Assembly: GCA_965603475.1 (NCBI GenBank)
Contig: CBFDDD010000008.1
Location: forward strand, 16,176 to 80,175
DNA: 64,000 nt
Source of the DNA: an uncultured Myxococcales bacterium
GTDB lineage: Bacteria; Myxococcota_A; UBA9160; UBA4427
Direction of reading: 5' to 3'
In this document: positions 60,638 through 64,000 of the stretch, in pieces
Layout: every line of letters starts with the position of its first letter
Position numbering within the stretch: the stretch's first letter is position 1
Position numbers and translations under genes: made by a program
The notes under the pieces: model-generated
The model's input: only the letters and a program-made list of their open reading frames with translations
What the model was told of the DNA's origin: nothing
The model's database searches: none

Positions 60638-61171
60638 TCATTCTTCAGGGTCGCGTCCGTAGAATTCGCTGGCGCTGTAGTACTCGTCGCGCGGCCCGGC
60701 GCCGCTGCCGAGTTGGCCTTTGCTCCCGAAATGACCCTTGCCGGGAATGTGGTTGACCTCGACGCGAATACCGTCCGGGTCTTCGAATAGAATCGAGTAG
60801 TAGCCCGGTGCGAAATGCTCTCCTTCTTCGGGGCCGTGAACGACGCTGGCGTCGGGGTCGGCTTCGATGAAGTCAGAAATGGCTTCGAGGTCCTCACGGC
60901 TCCGAGCGCGAAAGCAGAAATGATGAAGGCCAGCGCGGTCCTGGTCGAATCGCCCGCCGGATCGTTCTTCCGGTCGGTGCGATTTCTGGCCTTTGGGCGC
61001 TTCGCGGACCAGGATTCCCGTTCGGCCACCAATGCTGTAGATGACGTCGTCTCCCTTGATCAGGGTGTCCATTCCCATGAATTTGCAGAAACGCTCCCAA
61101 AACGGGAGACATCGTTCGGCGTCCAGGACTGTGAGTTGAATGTGCGCGATGCCGTTGATGCGGGCGCTCAT
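60638..61171 (-). CDS. VOC/glyoxalase family protein
   Basis: GIAHIQL, GLHHFCFRA, FEDPDGIRVE. Confidence 0.9.
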   Translation of the reverse strand: MSARINGIAHIQLTVLDAERCLPFWERFCKFMGMDTLIKGDDVIYSIGGRTGILVREAPKGQKSHRPEERSGGRFDQDRAGLHHFCFRARSREDLEAISDFIEADPDASVVHGPEEGEHFAPGYYSILFEDPDGIRVEVNHIPGKGHFGSKGQLGSGAGPRDEYYSASEFYGRDPEE

Positions 61172-61481
61172 ATCAGGGGTTCTCCTCGGTCGTCGGTGCC
61201 CGGCCTTTCGAGAGGCTGGCATGACTCGTGGGGCATCATGTCGAAGCGCACACAGGTTAGTCGCAACACCGACCAGGCCTTTACTTTGCGGCCGTCTCGG
61301 CTCCCTGCACCTTGATGGTGATCATCTTCCAGTCGTCGCAGCTCTCGTCCAGCGCGACGTTGAAGGCGCCGCTGGGCACGATTTCCCCATCTCCGAGGGC
61401 GTCAAGCTGAAGCTGCTCAGCTGGATGGTCGGCAGTCGATCGACCCGGTCAGCGTTCGCGAAGAAATCCCGATCGCTCGGC

Positions 61482-61868
61482 TCAGCTTCCGCGAATCAGG
61501 GCCACGGCACCACGGAAAACGTCCATCAGGGTCTCGTTCTTGTAGTCCTTGAACTCGCCAGCGTCCATGAACACCCCGTGCTCACTACACGTCTCGAGTT
61601 GGATGTGGCGTTGCTTGGGATCGGAAACCAGCTCCATCTTTTTGCCGCAGCGAGGACAGTTCACCTCCCTGACCTTGTTGAGCTCCTTCCCCGTCGCGAC
61701 ATCGCCGTCGTCGATGAAATCCGGTCGCCAGGTGTCCTTCAGCTTCTCCGCTTCTCCTGTGTCGAACCAGAAGCCCTTGCAGGCCGAGCATTGGTCGTAG
61801 GTGACGAGTCCCTGCAGCGTGCGCATGTTTCTCTCGTTCATTTTGGCATTGCACTTCGGACAATCCAT
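61482..61868 (-). CDS. Double zinc-ribbon (zf-TFIIB-like) protein
   Basis: CPKC..CSACKGFWFD.GE and CPRC..CSEHGVFMDAGE; AGGAG RBS. Confidence 0.88.
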   Translation of the reverse strand: MDCPKCNAKMNERNMRTLQGLVTYDQCSACKGFWFDTGEAEKLKDTWRPDFIDDGDVATGKELNKVREVNCPRCGKKMELVSDPKQRHIQLETCSEHGVFMDAGEFKDYKNETLMDVFRGAVALIRGS

Positions 61869-62140
61869 TTCGCACTCCTGTTTCGTTGATTTGTGTAGCT
61901 GTAGCTCCGGCATGGCGGTCGCTCCAGAGTCTAACAGGCACGCGAGGCACGACCGAATTTTTTTCGGGGGCGCTGCCTATTTCTTCAGCGTTCGAGGCCT
62001 CGGGGTCTGAGTCCTCGGGAGAGGGCGAATGCGACGCATCCGAAGGCTCGTTGTCGAATGCCGCGTGGGGGAGAGGGCCGAATGCGTAGATTATTCTGGC
62101 CTGCCGACTAAGACCTCAGACAATTGGATAGACTTCCTCA

Positions 62141-63307
62141 ATGGACTTTTCCCCCGACCCGGAACTCGAAAGCATCGCAGACGAAGCCCGCAAGCTCGCG
62201 GGTCGATTCGACGACCAATACTGGTCCGAAAAAGACCGCGCCCACGAGTTTCCATGGGAGTACTACGACGCGTTCGCGGCAGGAGGATGGCTCGGAATCA
62301 TCATACCCGAGCAGTACGGCGGCGCCGGGCTCGGCACGCTGCACGCGGGGACCCTGCTGAACACCGTCGCGAGCTGCGGTGGCGCCATGAGCGCTGCGTC
62401 CACGCTGCATATTTCGATGTTCGGAATGGGACCGGTGATCCATCACGGTTCCGAGCGGCTGAAGGAACAGTATCTGCCACCGACGGCGACCGGCGAGCTG
62501 CACGTGAGCTTTGGTGTGACCGAGGACGATGCCGGTACGGACACCTCCCGCATCCGCACTGCGGCCATTCGTGACGGCAACAAATGGATCGTCAGCGGAA
62601 AGAAGATTTGGAACACCAAGGCCCAGCAAGCACAGAAGGTTCTGCTGTTGGCCCGCACGACGCCGCGCGAGGAGTGTGCCAAACCGACGGACGGCATGAC
62701 GCTATTTCTGGCTGACATCGACAAGCGCTATGTCGACATTCGCGAGATCCCGAAGCTCGGCCGTAATGCCGTCAACTCGAACGAGTTGTTCATCGAAGGT
62801 CTACCCGTTTCTGACGACGACGTCGTGGGTGAAGTCGGCCGGGGTTTTCGTTGTCTGCTCGACGGGATCAATCCCGAGAGAATCATGGTCTCGGCCGAAG
62901 CCGTCGGCCTCGGCCGCCGCGCCATCGAAGTGGCCGTTCACTACGCGCGCGAACGCGAAGTCTTCAATCGACCCATCGGCCAGAATCAGGCCATTGCCCA
63001 CCCCCTGGCGGATTCTCATACCGAACTCGACGCGGCAGACCTGCTATGGAAATACGCGGCCTGGGCGTATGACAACGGCGACCGTCACGGGGGCGCAGCG
63101 AACACCGCCAAGATCCGTAGCGCGGAAGCCTGTTTTACGGCAGCCGACCGCGCGCTGCAGACTTTCGGTGGCATGGGCTACGCGGTCGAAATGCAGGTGG
63201 AACGCTATTGGCGCGAAGCGCGACTGATGAAGCTTGCGCCAATTTCGCAGGAGATGGCGACGAACTATATCGCCGAACATGTGCTTGGATTGCCGAGGTC
63301 GTATTGA
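62141..63307 (+). CDS. Acyl-CoA dehydrogenase
   Basis: PEQYGG.G, VTE.DAGTD, GKKIW, REVFNRPIG.NQ, QTFGGMGY. Confidence 0.95.
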   Translation: MDFSPDPELESIADEARKLAGRFDDQYWSEKDRAHEFPWEYYDAFAAGGWLGIIIPEQYGGAGLGTLHAGTLLNTVASCGGAMSAASTLHISMFGMGPVIHHGSERLKEQYLPPTATGELHVSFGVTEDDAGTDTSRIRTAAIRDGNKWIVSGKKIWNTKAQQAQKVLLLARTTPREECAKPTDGMTLFLADIDKRYVDIREIPKLGRNAVNSNELFIEGLPVSDDDVVGEVGRGFRCLLDGINPERIMVSAEAVGLGRRAIEVAVHYAREREVFNRPIGQNQAIAHPLADSHTELDAADLLWKYAAWAYDNGDRHGGAANTAKIRSAEACFTAADRALQTFGGMGYAVEMQVERYWREARLMKLAPISQEMATNYIAEHVLGLPRSY

Positions 63308-63407
63308 TCGTCGATGCTTGCCGGTGAAGCGGATCGCCGCCGATGAGGATGAGAATGGAGGCTAGAAGCGTGTGGAATCCGGGATGGACCGGGGAGAACG
63401 AGCAGTG

Positions 63408-64000
63408 ATGAAGAATCTCGAGGGGAAAGTGGCCGTCGTGACCGGCGCAAGTCGAGGCATCGGCAAGGGGATCGCGGAAGGCCTGGGCGAGGCGGGGGCG
63501 ACAGTGTATGTGACTGGACGCAGCGAAAGCGATGAGGATCCCCCCGCGCCCCTGACCGTGCAGGCGACCGCGCGTAGCGTGACCGAATTTGGGGGTCGCG
63601 GTGTCGCTGTTCCTCTAGACCACAACAACGATGATCAGGTGAAGGCTCTGTTCGAGCGGGTTGCAGCGGAACAGGGTCGCCTGGATATCCTGGTCAACAA
63701 CGTCTATCAGATTCCGTCCCCTCCGGCACTCAGCGGCGGCTTCTGGGAGCATCCGGTGTCGGTCTGGGACGAACAGTGCGGAGTCGGTCTGCGTGGTTAC
63801 TACGTCGCATCCGTATTCGCTGCGCCACTGATGGTTTCCCAGCGCAGCGGCCTGATCATCAACATCTCTTCGCGCGGCGGACGCGAGTATGTGTTCAGCA
63901 CTTCCTACGGTGTAGGCAAGGCAGGCGTCGACCGCATGGCCCAGGACATGGCGATCGAACTGAAGGAATACAATTGCGCCGCATTGTCTCTATCGCCATC
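63408..64000 (+). CDS. SDR oxidoreductase (DHRS1-like), runs off the window end
   Basis: MKNLEGKVAVVTGASRGIG, LDILVNN, YGVGK; not in the ORF track because no stop falls in the window. Confidence 0.9.
   Translation, partial: MKNLEGKVAVVTGASRGIGKGIAEGLGEAGATVYVTGRSESDEDPPAPLTVQATARSVTEFGGRGVAVPLDHNNDDQVKALFERVAAEQGRLDILVNNVYQIPSPPALSGGFWEHPVSVWDEQCGVGLRGYYVASVFAAPLMVSQRSGLIINISSRGGREYVFSTSYGVGKAGVDRMAQDMAIELKEYNCAALSLSP

Noticed and set aside
1-64000. CRISPR arrays, tRNA/rRNA genes, IS elements, integron attC repeats, intrinsic terminators
   Set aside because: None found by eye; weak or diverged cases cannot be excluded without Infernal, IntegronFinder or a self dot-plot

Overview
GC-rich bacterial window with about 55 intact protein-coding genes and no recognisable rRNA, tRNA, CRISPR array, transposase or integrase. 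It is an accessory-metabolism mosaic for lipophilic, aromatic or sulfated compounds: two cytochromes P450, a Rieske oxygenase, six SDR-superfamily oxidoreductases, four VOC proteins, an OYE-type flavoenzyme, F420-type LLM and PPOX proteins, a 2-hydroxyacyl-CoA lyase, WS/DGAT, acyl-CoA dehydrogenase, a sulfotransferase, two sulfatase-like MBL hydrolases, two GPH-type MFS transporters and two CPA2 antiporters. It also holds SelO, lipoproteins and a PEP-CTERM beta-propeller surface protein. Gene content suggests a diderm Myxococcota/deltaproteobacteria-like organism (inference only). Most notable: (1) a candidate regulatory module of an AraC regulator, a 21-bp-spaced direct repeat, a small unknown protein and an RpoD paralogue lacking region 1.1; (2) many spacers that are remnants of deleted genes; (3) a lipoprotein ending in about four beta-strands and a terminal Phe; (4) tandem PsbP/Mog1-like lipoproteins with helical inserts; (5) a Rieske oxygenase with an inserted mini-domain; (6) an in-frame amber stop and a 1-nt frameshift in otherwise intact genes. 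All family calls come from motif reading and recall; no database search was run.
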